This document shows, piece by piece, positions 37,818 to 50,233 of a stretch of 64,000 bases of DNA. The notes beneath the pieces were generated by a model. That model saw only the letters and a program-made list of their open reading frames with translations. It did not search any database and was not told the DNA's origin. The DNA lies in the NCBI GenBank assembly GCA_010015805.1, contig ML978140.1, positions 62,001-126,000 of the forward strand, read 5' to 3'. The position numbers were made by a program, and so were the translations under genes. This DNA comes from Rhizodiscina lignyota (taxonomy: Eukaryota). Each line of letters starts with the position of its first letter. Position 1 is the first letter of the stretch.

Positions 37818-40800
37818 GTTGACGATCTTATAGATTGGACAGAGCTGGATAAATGAACGGGTTGAAATGGACCGAGATGATTTATTGAGGGAGTTGATGA
37901 ATTAGTTGAAAAGAAAGCGGGATATATAAACTGAAAGAATCTTCCATATACATTTCCAAGTGTCTTTACTTACCACCACCGAATTGAATACTTCTCTCAT
38001 ATTACGAACAAGCCGGAAGGGATAATGGTGAGAAGATGTGGAACCGTGTAGCCATTGACCTGACCTCGGGTATTTAGTAGCAGTCAGCGATGTTTGTACT
38101 TACTATACTTTCCAACGGCGCAATTGTAGAAAGTCATGCTCGTAAAGAGAGTGTTCAAGAGAGTGTTTACAGGCTGAGGGAGATGTGGTTTGATCAAGTT
38201 AGGACACAAGACGCAAATCAAGGAACCTTATCGTGTTTGTAGATTTACGTGCTGGTGAAAGCTTTGGAGAATGAGATGTCCCATAGGGATTGATTGTTCT
38301 CCGCGAAACGGGTGCGCAGTGCACGTGATCAAAATCCTTGTGCAGGCGGTGCATACAGCGCATGGTTATTGGTTACATATAGCACAGCATTGACAGCACA
38401 TTGTCACGCAGAGATCCGGCAGCATGGTGTACATGCAGACCAAGGATGCCGCATATAGCTCAGCCCAAGGCTACTCTCGCCGAATGCAACCTGCAGAGCT
38501 TAGACAAGGAATCGTACGGACTTCCAGGCAAATGGTTTTGTCGCAGCTCTCTAGATAGATATCCAGACGGTGGACCAGCATCGGCTCCGCTGAGCTGATA
38601 CATGGCAGCTGCTGTTTTCCAGACAATCCACGGGAATATTGAGCGGCCGCATGGTGAATCGATTGCAGGATAACCGGAAGGCTAGCAAGCCGTTGACGTA
38701 TCTGTACAGAGTTATCGAAAAGTTCCATTCGGGCCTGAAAGCGGGGCTCCGCGGGATAAAACGTCACGGTAGAGCGAACTGTTGCTAGCTATGAAAGAGA
38801 TGGTGTTCGAAGCCCTATCTCGGCGACGGCTTCCGGTGAGTCGCACAGCTTCCGATTTCCCGACGCTGTGATACATCAATATGTCTGCTCAACAAGGAAG
38901 TGCGCGCAAGCTATTTCGTACTCCGCACAGCATAGCAAGTTGATTGATGGACAATGATATAGGATATTAATGGGTAATGAAAATAAACCGGGCGCATGAA
39001 CTGGCAGTCAAATCAAGGACATGCGTAATGATGGGCCATGGTACGTAGATGGTGGTTGGGATATGCTTAAACTGTGGCTGCTCTCGGCGCTGCTGAGGAG
39101 CACCAAGCGACGTACGATGTGGAAATGATTGGTACCCATGACATTTCGCTATCGATACCGTCGGGAAGAGTTAATGCGCCTTTTGGCCGTGATATCATCG
39201 CAGATCGAGGTTGAAAGAAGGTAGACAGAGCGCCCAGGTGCTTTGCAGAAAGCAGAAATGACGGTGGCCAGGCTTCCTGGTCGGCACCACAGGCATCATG
39301 TCAAATGCTGCTGAGCCTCCTGCCCAGTCGGCACGGTGAGTGCTCTCGTCAATGCCGATGGCCTTGCGTATTCGCTTCGTTTGAGAGTTAGATGAAAACT
39401 GTACCGAAATGAAATACCGTGCTCTGCTCAATGCAAATTGCTCCCAAGACCCTTTCTCCCCCAAGGCTTAGACTGCCCTCCCAGAGTGAGTCAAAGTCAC
39501 CGAGCGCTTCTGGGGCCTGTCAAGACGCACGCCTGCCCTCCCAGACGAAAATGGTGTCGCAAAGGGGCCAATCCAGAGGGAGATCCCTTAAACCAACAGC
39601 GACAAAGCACGTCTAAGCCGTGCTGCACGCTGCCGGGGCGAGCAGATGGGCAGTGCCTTGGGACTCTGGGAGGAGGATTTCTGGTGATCTTCGCCGTGAT
39701 GCAAAGGCGGTGACACAGCGCAGCAGGCAGGCTTGAAAAGAGCGTGATTCACTGATTCCAGGGCAATGATGGATGGAAGAGGCTCTGGTCTAGGTTCAGG
39801 CGTGCGCGGCAGCGTGGGGCCGTGGCTTGCCAGGGGGCCGCGAAGGCAACTTTAGCAACGATCACGGACTCCGGACCACGCGTGTTTGCATCGCTCGTCC
39901 ATCCTCGCGAATCGCAGTGTCGTGAGCGGCCTGGCCTCGTCAATCACCGCCAGCACTCTTTTCTTGCTCCTTAGCGAGCCTGCAGGAGGACAGGAGCGCG
40001 ACCCAGTGCCCTATTCTGGTCGGCGTATGGAGCAGCGCGTTGGACTTCAGCGGACGGAGAGAGTCGCGCTTGAGCAGTCAGAGCTGACAGCTGCGAGCCT
40101 GGAAACAGGCCAGGCATGCGCACATGAAACTCCCGCCAGCAGAGGGCGGAACTTGGCCAATGCAGGGTTGAGGAGAGAAAAAGAAGACTTGCGGAATGTG
40201 GGCGCTGCGGCGCACAGCGAAACCCTCCGACGCGCACCAGCAAATGGGAGCGGGCGTTGCTGCCCATCGCTCCTCTCAGCCGGCGCTGCTCTCCATCGCA
40301 CGCCGACACAGACGACGGCATCGTCCATCGCTGATTTTCAGGGGCCGTGCGCTCCTGGACGTCAGTCAAATCGCTTTGACGAGCCAGCGCCACAACTACA
40401 CTCCTGGCCTGCTCGAGCGAATGGCAGCACCTCTGGCGCGCATTCGCAGGGCAGGCTCCATGAAAGTCTGGCTCAAGCAGAAACCGCCATGGCGCTCGCG
40501 TCGGCGCCTTTGCACGTTGGACTCCCGCTGTCGAGGCGCCGAGTGTGTGCGATCTCTACACCACACCATGTGGCTTTCGCCGAAGCGAAAACCCCTAAGC
40601 TGATGGCAGACCTGACCAGCGCTCAGCGCTCACTTTCCATTGTCGCACACCCGATTCCCACCACATGTGATTCGCGTTTCCCATGGGGGAAATTGATCCT
40701 GCAGGCATCCATCGGCGGTGCAACAGCAGCCATGGCAGGCCAGTGAGCCAGGCAAGAAACATAAGTATACCGTCGACCTCCCGCTTTCTCATTTTCTCAG

Positions 40801-40863
40801 CGCTGTCGGATTTGTGCCACTTTTGTATCTCTACCATTTCGTCTTCGTCAAGCCTCGTCAACC

Positions 40864-42611
40864 ATGGCTGAGGCTACGGACAAGAGACAGTCGCATGTTG
40901 TCACCTCTGAAGAGCTTGATGGAGGCAATGGCGTCTACATTGTCAACCAGAAGCTCAATGAGAAGACCATCGAGGAAGGAGGCAGCGAGGAACTGCAAGC
41001 GAATCTGAAGACGACCAAGGACGGCAAAATCGTTCTCATCCCTCAGCCATCAGACGACCCGAATGACCCTCTCAACTGGTCCTGGTTGAAGAAGCATCTC
41101 GTCTTCGCCTCTCTGCTCCCCGGATGCTTCTTGACGGATTGGGTCATCACGTGGGGAACCACCCTCTTCGTCGCTCAAGTGCCAACATTCCACATGGCGC
41201 CTCCTCAGATCTCTCACTCGATCAGCGGTGCTATCTTTATGCAAGGCCCAGGTGGATTGCTCGCGGTCCCTCTCTGCCAGCGCTTTGGCCGGTATGTTCA
41301 CTCAATTCAACCTTATTAGCTCTCCTCTAACAATTCTCAGCCTACCCGTCCTGTTCTGGTCCCAATTCCTCACACTCATCTGCACAATCGGCGCCACTTA
41401 CGCAAAGGGCTATGCTGGCTTCACTGCCTGCCGGACCCTCCAAGGCTTTTTCGGCGCTGCCCCGCAGGTCATCGGCCTTTCTATGATCCACGACATGTTC
41501 TTCTTCCACGAACGTGCGCGCAAGATCAACATTTGGGGCTTTAGTTTCCTGATCGGTCCCTACCTTGGTCCCTTCGTCTCTGGCTTCATCATCACCAAAC
41601 TTGACTGGCGCCACACCTTCGGCGTGCTGTGCGGCTTCTACGGCTTCTCCGTCCTCATGATCCTCCTCTTTGGTGACGAGACTCTGTTCGATCGCTCTGA
41701 AGATCGCAAGCCCATCGAGCGCAAGGGAATCGCGCAGAGGGTTAATCTCATGATCGGCATCGCCGGCATCTCCGAGTCGCACGGTAGACCCGGAGTCTGG
41801 GAGGTCACCAAGGATCTCTTCGGCCTCCTGCTCCGTCCATACCTCCTGCTACCCAGTACGTCCAGTTTCCCCTCTCTTATCCCCCGACCTCAATACTAAC
41901 CCCACACAGCATTCGGTTTCGTAACCTGGATCACCATGTGGACAATCGGCATCGTAAGCACCATCACCATCTTCCTCTCACCACCACCCCAGGGCATCGG
42001 CCCCTACGCCTTCTCCCCCACTGCCGTATCCCTCCTCTTCTTCGCGCCCATGATTGGCACCGTCTTCGCCGAGTTCTGGGGCCACTGGTTCAACGACTTC
42101 CTCTGCGGCCGGTACATCCGCACGCACGGTGGCAAGTACAAGCCGGAGCACCGGCTGTGGGGCGTGTATCCTGCGTGGATCCTCGGCATCCTGGGTCTCG
42201 TCATCCTGGGCGAGAGCCTGCAGCACAAGTACCACTGGATCGGGCTGGCGTTCGGATGGGGCCTCAACTGCTTCAGCACGCTGGGCACGATGGTCGCCAT
42301 CTCGGCGTATTTGCTGGACGTCTTTCCGCAGCAGGCAGCGCTAGCGAGCGCATGGATTAACGCCTTTAGAACTGTTGGTATGTGGTTAAACACCATCCCC
42401 ACCACCTTCTTTGGAAGCTAATGAATGTCCAGGCGGTTTCTGCGTCGTGTACCTCCAGACCCCCTGGGTTGCGAACAACGGCCCCGCTGTCACCTTCGGC
42501 TGTCAGGCAGCCATCGTGGCGTTCTTCATCGTCTCCATCGCCGCGACGCAGAAGTTCGGCGAGAAGTGGCGCGCCAAGTTCCCGCCGCCGACGGGCAGCC
42601 GCACAAGCTGA
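40864..42611 (+). CDS. MFS transporter (Hol1-like), 4 exons
   Basis: LIPQPSDDPNDPLNWS, QRFGR|LPV, IHDMFFFHERARKINIW, GDETLFDR, KPEHRL, AYLLDVFP; GT-AG introns. Confidence 0.92.
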
Positions 42612-43929
42612 GGTCTGCCATCTGCGCTGGCCACTTTCAGTTTTTCAGTTTTCTGTATCTCCGCTGATGAATTCGGAGTTTGCAAAAAGTGTTACACTTC
42701 AAAATGGGAACAATGATTATGGATACCAGTCTACAATGACATGTTTGATAGTTCCAGTTGCATGTCGTCGGTTGTGCGCTTGCGACCACGTGTGGATATA
42801 CGAGGACATGTGGTATTTGACTGAATGGGCATTTTGGTGGGGATGTGTTGGCTTAGATCAATGTATCTGATAAGTACAAGAGACCATAACATGTAGCACT
42901 CTCAAATGAGGACTTGCTTCCAATAGGTACATGTAAGAGAGGGTGACTGTGATTTCAGGTGTTCAGGTCCGACAAGTGTATTGTGGTAGAACACGACTGA
43001 AGGTATTGACGAAGGACTCAGGAGGGCACATGTGACGCATCATCTACCTCCAACCGACGGTCAGGCTGCCCCATTCACAATCACAAGTTATGATGCGGCC
43101 AAAGGTGTTAGCAAGTAGGCCGGTGTTAATACTGTCCAATGTGGAGATGACAACGGTGAGAAAGTACCAGGGTGGATATGTCCGCATAACTATTAAATGG
43201 CGGATTCAAGGAAGCAAAGGAAACACATCGTCTGTTAGAGATATACTCACCAAGAATCGCTCCTAAGTTGCTCGCACAGTGTAAACTCATAACGATTATG
43301 CGAAAAGAAAAGTGCGTACGCTCGCGACACCTCCGAAAAGAATATTAGTAGTTCTATCCAGATACAGCATAACACACTTTGAAGTAATTCATAGGCTACC
43401 TAATTCGGAAATAGCAGATTAGTACAAAGCGTCTGAACACTACGGCGATAGGTAGTTAGTTGTTTTGGTGGAAGGAAGTCATGTGACCAGAAGTGGTTGT
43501 GCAATCCAGGTCCACGGGCGCAATCGCTCGCTCGCTCGCGTGCTCCAGCCACAGCAAAACTTCAAACGCTGAAAGTATATAACCACTGGCTCGATCATGA
43601 AAGAAAGTAGATATTTACAAATGCAACGAGGTTAATTAAAATTCAATAGAAGCAGGATTCTTTTTGAAAAGGCTTGGTTCATAAGCGACGTGATAAGATG
43701 GACGAATTTTCACGATCACCTAAACTAGAATAAAACATAGGCCCTTTGTTACAAAATAGGGTAGGTATCCTAATCTTCTTATGGTTCTACTATAATCAAT
43801 TTGATATAGTGCAGTAATTTTAGCTAGCGCTAGGATATATTAGTTGAGCGGGCCGCCCCTGTTCGGGCATTGAAATGTTTGTCTGAATTTTTCGCTTTCC
43901 GTTTGTTCTTGTAATTTTCTGAGCGCACC

Positions 43930-43937
43930 TATATATA
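43930..43937 (+). promoter_or_regulatory. TATA element upstream of the tRNA-Ser gene
   Basis: TATATATA 33-40 nt upstream of tRNA position 1, a spacing compatible with TBP/TFIIIB binding. Confidence 0.5.
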
Positions 43938-43969
43938 CGTAAGCATGGAACAACCCCAACAATATCCTC

Positions 43970-44109
43970 GGCACTTTGGCGGAGTGTGAGTCTCAACAGA
44001 TCCTTTAAAATAGCTCATCAAGCTTACCCGATTACAGGGTTAACGCGCGGGCCTGCTATTCGTATAGCCCGTCTCTTCGGAGGCCAGGGTTCGAATCCCT
44101 GAGGTGTCG
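43970..44109 (+). tRNA. tRNA-Ser-GCT: tRNA-Ser(GCU) with two intervening sequences: 52 nt in the D-loop (43986-44037) and 7 nt after position 37 (44059-44065)
   Basis: Removing both inserts gives acceptor stem GGCACTT/AGGTGTC with discriminator G73, D-arm GCG-GAGTGGTTAA-CGC, anticodon arm CGGGC-CT GCT AA-GCCCG, long variable arm CTC-TTCG-GAG and T-arm CAGGG-TTCGAAT-CCCTG (perfect B box). Confidence 0.9.
43986..44037 (+). other. Spliceosomal-type (GT-AG) intron inside the tRNA D-loop
   Basis: 5' GTGAGT, branch-like GCTTAC at 44022-44027, 3' TACAG, 52 nt long; exact removal restores the conserved D-loop GAGT|GGTTAA. Confidence 0.8.
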
Positions 44110-44122
44110 CTTCCAGAAACTC

Positions 44123-44144
44123 TTTTTTTATTTTATTTTTTTTT
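44123..44144 (+). terminator. RNA polymerase III oligo-T terminator
   Basis: T7, T4 and T9 runs starting 14 nt after the tRNA discriminator base. Confidence 0.8.
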
Positions 44145-44525
44145 GGAAATTCTCCTTATTGATCAAGGAAGAGTTTGATAAAGCGGCTCTCTTAGGAGTT
44201 GGTGCATCAAACGATGGGTACGTTCATGTTATCTTACGTAATTATTTTTGTTTCCTAACCCAATATCTGGAATAAGAAGGAAAAAACCGCCCTCCTAAAT
44301 AATTTTCAGGTCTTGGATGAATGAAGAACAAGATGCGGCGTGCTGGGACCTGGGGATCAGTGACATTGGAGTGGGGTAAAATAAAAGCGGGGCCGTGACG
44401 CCCGTATTGCAATCGTGGGGCACCACTTATGCCTACCTTAATCATAACATCAGATGTAGTGCAGAGGTGCTCTTAGTTAAACTCACCTTCTCCTCTTTAT
44501 CCATGATCTCAACCCTCCATTCGCA

Positions 44526-46278
44526 ATGGCGAGACCCGGTTCCCGTGGCTCAATGGACAAGTGGCGCGTTGCGATCGCAATGCTTGCCATCAGCCTGATC
44601 TTCGCGGGGCTCTTTACCTATACGCAGCAGAATGGCTTTCATTTCACTTCACCATTCCATTCGTCTCCATTGAAAGAGGATGCTCAAGTAGACTTCTGGT
44701 GTCCTCTTGCCCCAATCCCTGGGCCACCATCGGATGGCCTTAAGGACAGCCGAGAGCTCACTGGCTCCGACATTCGGCAGCGACAAGTCGAAAGACTGAG
44801 TGCGGCGGTCAATGTCTCAACGCAGAGCTTTGAGGACAGTGGTGACGTTGAAACCGACACTAGATGGAGGGTTTTCGATGAATTGCATGAAGTCTTGAGG
44901 AAGCTCTTCCCATTAGTGTATGTGTCACATGCTTCCCCCGCCAACACTTGCAGTGCTAATTGGTTGTAGCCATGAGAACCTTCATGTAGAAAAGGTCAAC
45001 AAGTACGGTATTCTTTACACGTGGAAGGGCAGCACCGTCGAGCTCAAGCCCATCCTCTTTATGGCGCACCAAGACGTCGTACCGTCTGGACCAGCGGAAA
45101 AATGGACTTACGCTCCATTTCAAGCTCACTATGACGGACAATTCGTTTGGGGGAGAGGCGCATCAGATTGCAAAAATAACCTCATCGGCCTCCTATCAAC
45201 AGCTGAAGAACTACTCCGCCAGAGGTGGACACCCAAAAGAACAATCATTCTCGCCTTCGGATTTGACGAAGAAATCGGGGGCGAGAGAGGTGCTAAGCAC
45301 ATCGCCCAGCATCTAGAAAAGATTCTTGGAAAAGATTCCCTGGCAATGGTGCATGACGAAGGAGGGATGGGCTTCCAGGAGATGGGAGATATGGTGTATG
45401 CACTTCCCGCGATTGCGGAGAAAGGTTTTGTCGACATCGTCCTTCATGTGAAAGTCAAAGGCGGACACAGCTCCCGCCCTCCGCCTCACACAGGGATTGG
45501 CATAGCGAGCGAAATAGTCGTGGAGCTGGAGAAACACCCATTTGTTCCCCGATTAACCGCATCGAATCCACTGATGAATTTACTCCAATGTCAAGTTCGA
45601 TACTCTCCACGGGAAGTCGAGGATTGGCTACCAGATGCCCTGGCATCTAAATGGGACGAAGTCACGATTGGAAAGGATTTGGCGAGGTCACGAGGACCAG
45701 ACGTACGCTTCGCAATGCAAACATCTCAGGCTGTGACCATCTTCAACGGAGGGGAGAAGGACAATCAGCTTCCAGACAGTGCAAATATCACAATCAATTA
45801 CCGAATCGCTCCGCATGATTCGGTTGACAAGATCAGGAGAAGCGTCCTTGACGTAATATCACCCATTGCCAAGCAGCACGATCTTTCCATTGAAGAACTC
45901 GAACTTGATTCACAAGGGTCTCTCTTGCTTTCAACTCGCGACGATCTGGAACCGTCCCCTGTTTCGCCAACGGCTGACTCCAATGCCGTTTGGAAACTCT
46001 TTGGTGGCACTATACGTAGCGTCTTTGAGGACGTGGAAAGCTTTAAAGGGAAGACCATCGTTGCAGTTGGTGACATAATGCTCGGAAACACCGACACAGT
46101 ACACTACTGGAACTTGACGAGGAACATCTATCGATTCAGCCCAGCAAGAGCAGGCACTCGAATCAATGTGCACACTATTGATGAGCGGATCGATATGGAT
46201 GCCCATCTCGAAGGCATGAGGCTGTACTATGAACTCATGAGGAACTTTGACATACTGGAGGACAAGAATTTGAGTTGA
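44526..46278 (+). CDS. CPS1: M20 Gly-Xaa carboxypeptidase (carboxypeptidase S-like), 2 exons
   Basis: N-terminal TM anchor; MAHQDVV, WGRGASDCK, FGFDEE, DEGG, GGHSSRPP, GNTDT, HTIDERI; intron about 44917-44969. Confidence 0.9.
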
Positions 46279-46307
46279 GGAGCTCTACACAGGTCCATCG
46301 AAAGTTT

Positions 46308-47060
46308 TTATACACTACAATTACCGGTCTCCAGAGTTCCACTCACTAAAACAACAAGTACCGCAGCATATATATCCTCTTTGTCAGCAATCAAAAGGCT
46401 CCGCTCTTCGAACGGACAACATGACCTACGCTGCAGTAGCCCCGAACAGTCCTGCTCTGCGAGCATTCGATAGTAGACCAACACTGGCCGCGAAGAATGC
46501 CGTAGACGTTTCTGGTGACTTTAAGAGGTACAACCCCACTATCGCGCCAATAAGCCACACAGCTGCCATAGTGATGCTTAACCAGGCGACAAATTGCGAT
46601 ATCTTCTGGTCCGATTCGTACGCAACATGATCATACGCGGTCCTAACTGGAAAATGAAAGCAAGATGATTTTGGACAAATGTGGCCAGTCTGTCCAGGCG
46701 TCTAATTTCATTCACAGCAGCAAGGTCGTTATCGTCGTCGAAAGGGGTAGTACTGCTTCCACTGAGTGTAGGGAAGCTGTTCCCATCTGATGTCATCACC
46801 GGGTGCTAGGCTTCTCCTGCCTGCATTTCTCGTTTCGTTCAGTTGATTATGCGGGGCATTGCAGACTCGTCCAGCAATTCCTTGCGCTTCAGCATTGCTT
46901 TCATCTTCTTTCGAAAACAAGAACCTGAACGCCTTGTCCCCATGCTGAACGCCTTGTCCCCATGCTGAACTCCATGTCCCGCTTCTATCATTCAACTTTG
47001 TTCGCATTCTCAGTCACCGCATCCCCGCGTCTTCACTCACTTGTTCTCTCCACTAAGTAT
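46308..47060 (-). pseudogene. Decayed DUF6594-type membrane protein gene
   Basis: Broken frames give DNDLAAV...DRLATFV, DQKISQFVAWLSITMAAVWLIGAIVGLY, FAASVGLLSNARRAGLFGATAA|YAAVLVVLVSG, a C-terminus characteristic of this fungal family. Multiple frameshifts; 5' limit approximate. Confidence 0.65.
46925..46970. repeat. 20-bp tandem duplication CTGAACGCCTTGTCCCCATG x2.3
   Basis: Exact direct repeat visible in the sequence, inside the DUF6594 remnant. Confidence 0.9.
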
Positions 47061-47519
47061 TCAGCATGTCCAGGCGGTGCTGGGTTGCCAGCCCATCCCT
47101 TTCTGTCAGCACGCGTTGGTCAGCACACGTATTGCCAGAGAGGGCTACAAATACTCTAAAGTGCGCGGAGCGTGTCACGTCTCTCGGTGGACGAGTGTAG
47201 GTGTGCCTTGGACCGGTTGATGGAGGCGCTGCGGACGCTGCGGCTGAAGGAATGGAGAGCGCTTCGGTTTGCGCGTAGTGACGCAATAAATCTTTAAATT
47301 TTCAGACGTCTTATAGTTCTGTGCTCAAGTGAAACATACTACAGATAGAGAAGGATACTATTACGACACAGGCTTGGAGCTATTTGCTGCGGAGTACATC
47401 CAGTCTTACGTCCCACCATATGCTCCTTTTCTATATCTTACCCCCTCATATTAGCGGCGAGAATCCTCATAATCGCGAAAGATGTATAACTTCTCAGTAC
47501 ATCCTGTACTAAGCAATGA

Positions 47520-49638
47520 CTAGTATCCTCTGAACTGCTCTCCATTTCCTTGACGATACTGCTCCGGAACCTCCGGCCACTTGTCTACTCCATCCAGAAT
47601 TGCAATGGCCATACCGCCCATAGCGTGGAGCTCAATATGACAATGGAAGAGCCACGGGCCAGGGTTCGTGACTTGGTACCGTAGCACACTCCAATAACCG
47701 CCCTCAGGAAGTGGCGAGAAAGGCGTCAGCCAGGTGTCTCTGTACCCTGGATCTTTGAAGTTGAAGGCGTCTGGCTGGGTGGCTATAGCTTCGGCGATGC
47801 TGGAATAGTTCCATATGCCTTGGCCGCTTCCTATGCGCCACATTTTGCTTCCATGCTTGTGCATTACGTGGGTAAAGGCGGCCAGGTCGCCAGGAAGGGT
47901 GGAGACTTGCAGAATCAGATCGACCCAAGATCCGTTCCTCGTGCGGATTACGAGGTTTTCGTCATACGTGTCGAGTGTCTGATTTGGGTTGAAGAGTAGT
48001 GGGTTGTCGACATCAAAATCTATTGGATACAGGTACTTTGTATTCATTGTGTACTTGAAGCTCGAATTGACTCTGCCCATCACAAGGAGGTACTCTTCAT
48101 CCGGGATTTTGGTGGGAGGCGCGTTGCACGGAAATGGTGGCATGTTGTCCGAAGTCAGGTTGTACGGTGTGTATCTCTCTACATCGATTGACGTAGGGAC
48201 ATCCAGACCACCGTAGGTGACGTACGGCGTGGCTTTCTTCGTGGAATGGCAGCCCTTGTATTGCAAGTTGGCAAATCCAGAGATCACCTGAGTCGAACCG
48301 GAATCGGGAAGTCGGATAGTGTACGTGCCACAAGGTTTATCGAGCCTCACCAATACTGAGAAGCGTTCTCCGGTAGAAATGGCAGCGGCCACGTATTTTC
48401 TCGGTTGGACCCAATGGCCGTCGACTTCGTAAACCCACATGGGATGCTCGTCGATTGAAAAGTAGATTTGTTTGGAAGCCATGGCCCCGATGAAGTTCAG
48501 GCTGACCCAGCGAGCGGTTGGATCTACTTCAATGGTTGCATTGCGGCCCGGCGAAGGAACACATCCAGACTGCAGATGTGGTGGTATTCGTTCCGGATGA
48601 CTGGAGTTTACCCAGGAGCCTTCAATTGCTGCGGTGAAGGGGAAACATCTATGGAGTAATCAGCATCGATGATACTGGGAGTGTCGGGAATTATAAATGG
48701 CTGACCCTTTGTCGGTGACATGGACGCCGAGCGGGAATGCCGACTCCTTGATGCCGGGTTGCGTTTGGTTGATCAAGAAGCTCAGAGGCGGGCAATATAC
48801 ACCGCCTATTCCGTTGGCCAGTATGCTGTCGACACAACTAGAGTATTGTAAATCGAAAGGTCGTAAGTGTTTTGAGCATCTGCTTACAAGACTAGCAACT
48901 GAGAGTCCACATTGACTTGCCAATACTCTTCAGATGTGAACCGCGACCAGTCGGATAAGACTACGAGCTCTGGATTTGCAGCAGCCCTTGCCATAGCCTC
49001 GATATCTTTTGGGCTATTACTGATGACCGACCACGGCGCAGGAGTATTCTCTTTCGGACTGCAACCCTCAGTTTCTGGCTATACTAAAAAAGCAGCACGA
49101 TTCCTACCGGATGAATATCCCACCATACAGCCCATCGACCAGCAGCATGCGTTGATGGGAATGATACCAGTGAGTTCCAGCCGGAGAAGCCGTGAAACGG
49201 TAGACAAAAGCCATCGATGGCTCGATGGGCCTCTGACTCAAACCCGGAACTCCGTCGGACCATGGAGTACCTGGTTGCCTACAGATTGTCAGATTTGTGA
49301 GCTTCCAGACCAGGATGGAGAGCTCACGCAAGTCCATGCCAGTGGATTGTGATGTTCTTCGGCATGTCATTGAGCACAGTAATCTATGTCACCGAATTCG
49401 TTAGCTGGTACTGCCAAGCATCAACGAACAGGCAGCGTACCTCGACTTCGTCGCCTTCGTCGAAGACGAGATTTGGTCCCGGAAATTGGCCATTGACAAA
49501 TATCATATCCCGGGACTGACCATTGGGACTGCCGTTCTCCCACGAGAGCCGTAACGTCTTGGCCACCTTCGAGGCGACAGTGAACGAAGAGGAAAGAAGA
49601 ACCAGCAAGTACATGAGGAGGCGGCCGTGGAAGTCCAT
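47520..49638 (-). CDS. Secreted multicopper oxidase/laccase (Abr2/Gip1-like pigment laccase), multi-exon
   Basis: Signal peptide; Cu motifs [53 protein letters not shown]. Confidence 0.92.
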
Positions 49639-50233
49639 GTCGGCGTTGGGGAAATTCAGCTCTTGCTAGAGACTTACTGGCATGTTCAACGATAGGAGAA
49701 TTTTGTATGAGCAAGGTGCAATTACGACTGTGACATGTTGCACGGGATAGGAGGTCAGGTCAAGTGTGGCATTTGTCTTTCGAGTTACACGGCTATCGAG
49801 TGAAAGAGCACTTTTTGCTTTCAGGAGAAGACGCAGTAGCTAATGATCATAGTTACAAAGAGGAAGGTGTAGTTGCATGCGAGAGATTACACGGCGGACT
49901 GTCGCACCCGAGATCGAAATAGCCTTGTACTCAGAGTGCAGGCCAAAATCTTGATCTGTTTAAGAGGTGTGACGGCGTCACACGCTGTACTTTCCTCTTT
50001 GTGAGAGATGTGAATAAATGAATGATGCCCTGATCGGGCGATAAGAACATGACGAGCTGAAAGGAGCCCATGCGCCGCATGGGAGGCGCCTTGCTCTACA
50101 AGCATGTGCAAGCGGCACCTAATGAGACTAGCAGTTGTAACAATAAAATTCGCTACCCCTTAATTGGAATTATAGAAGTCAGTTAATAGCCACTGTTCCG
50201 CGAAATCACACCTCCGCTGTGCTCGGTGTGACC

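Noticed and set aside
39886..40746. 286-aa ORF upstream of the Hol1-like MFS
   Set aside because: Non-ATG start, Ala/Arg/Ser-rich with no motifs, and overlapping ORFs on both strands; looks like GC-rich upstream sequence.
43945..44273. ATG at 43945 opens a frame that stays open across the spliced tRNA D-loop junction, as if the intron belonged to a small protein gene
   Set aside because: The ATG is only 8 nt after the TATA box, the peptide has no recognisable features and runs through the oligo-T terminator, and the fully paired cloverleaf explains the sequence better. Poly(A) RNA-seq would settle it.
46925..46970. Direct repeat considered as CRISPR-like or a target-site duplication
   Set aside because: Two adjacent copies with no spacer in a eukaryotic genome; a simple tandem duplication.
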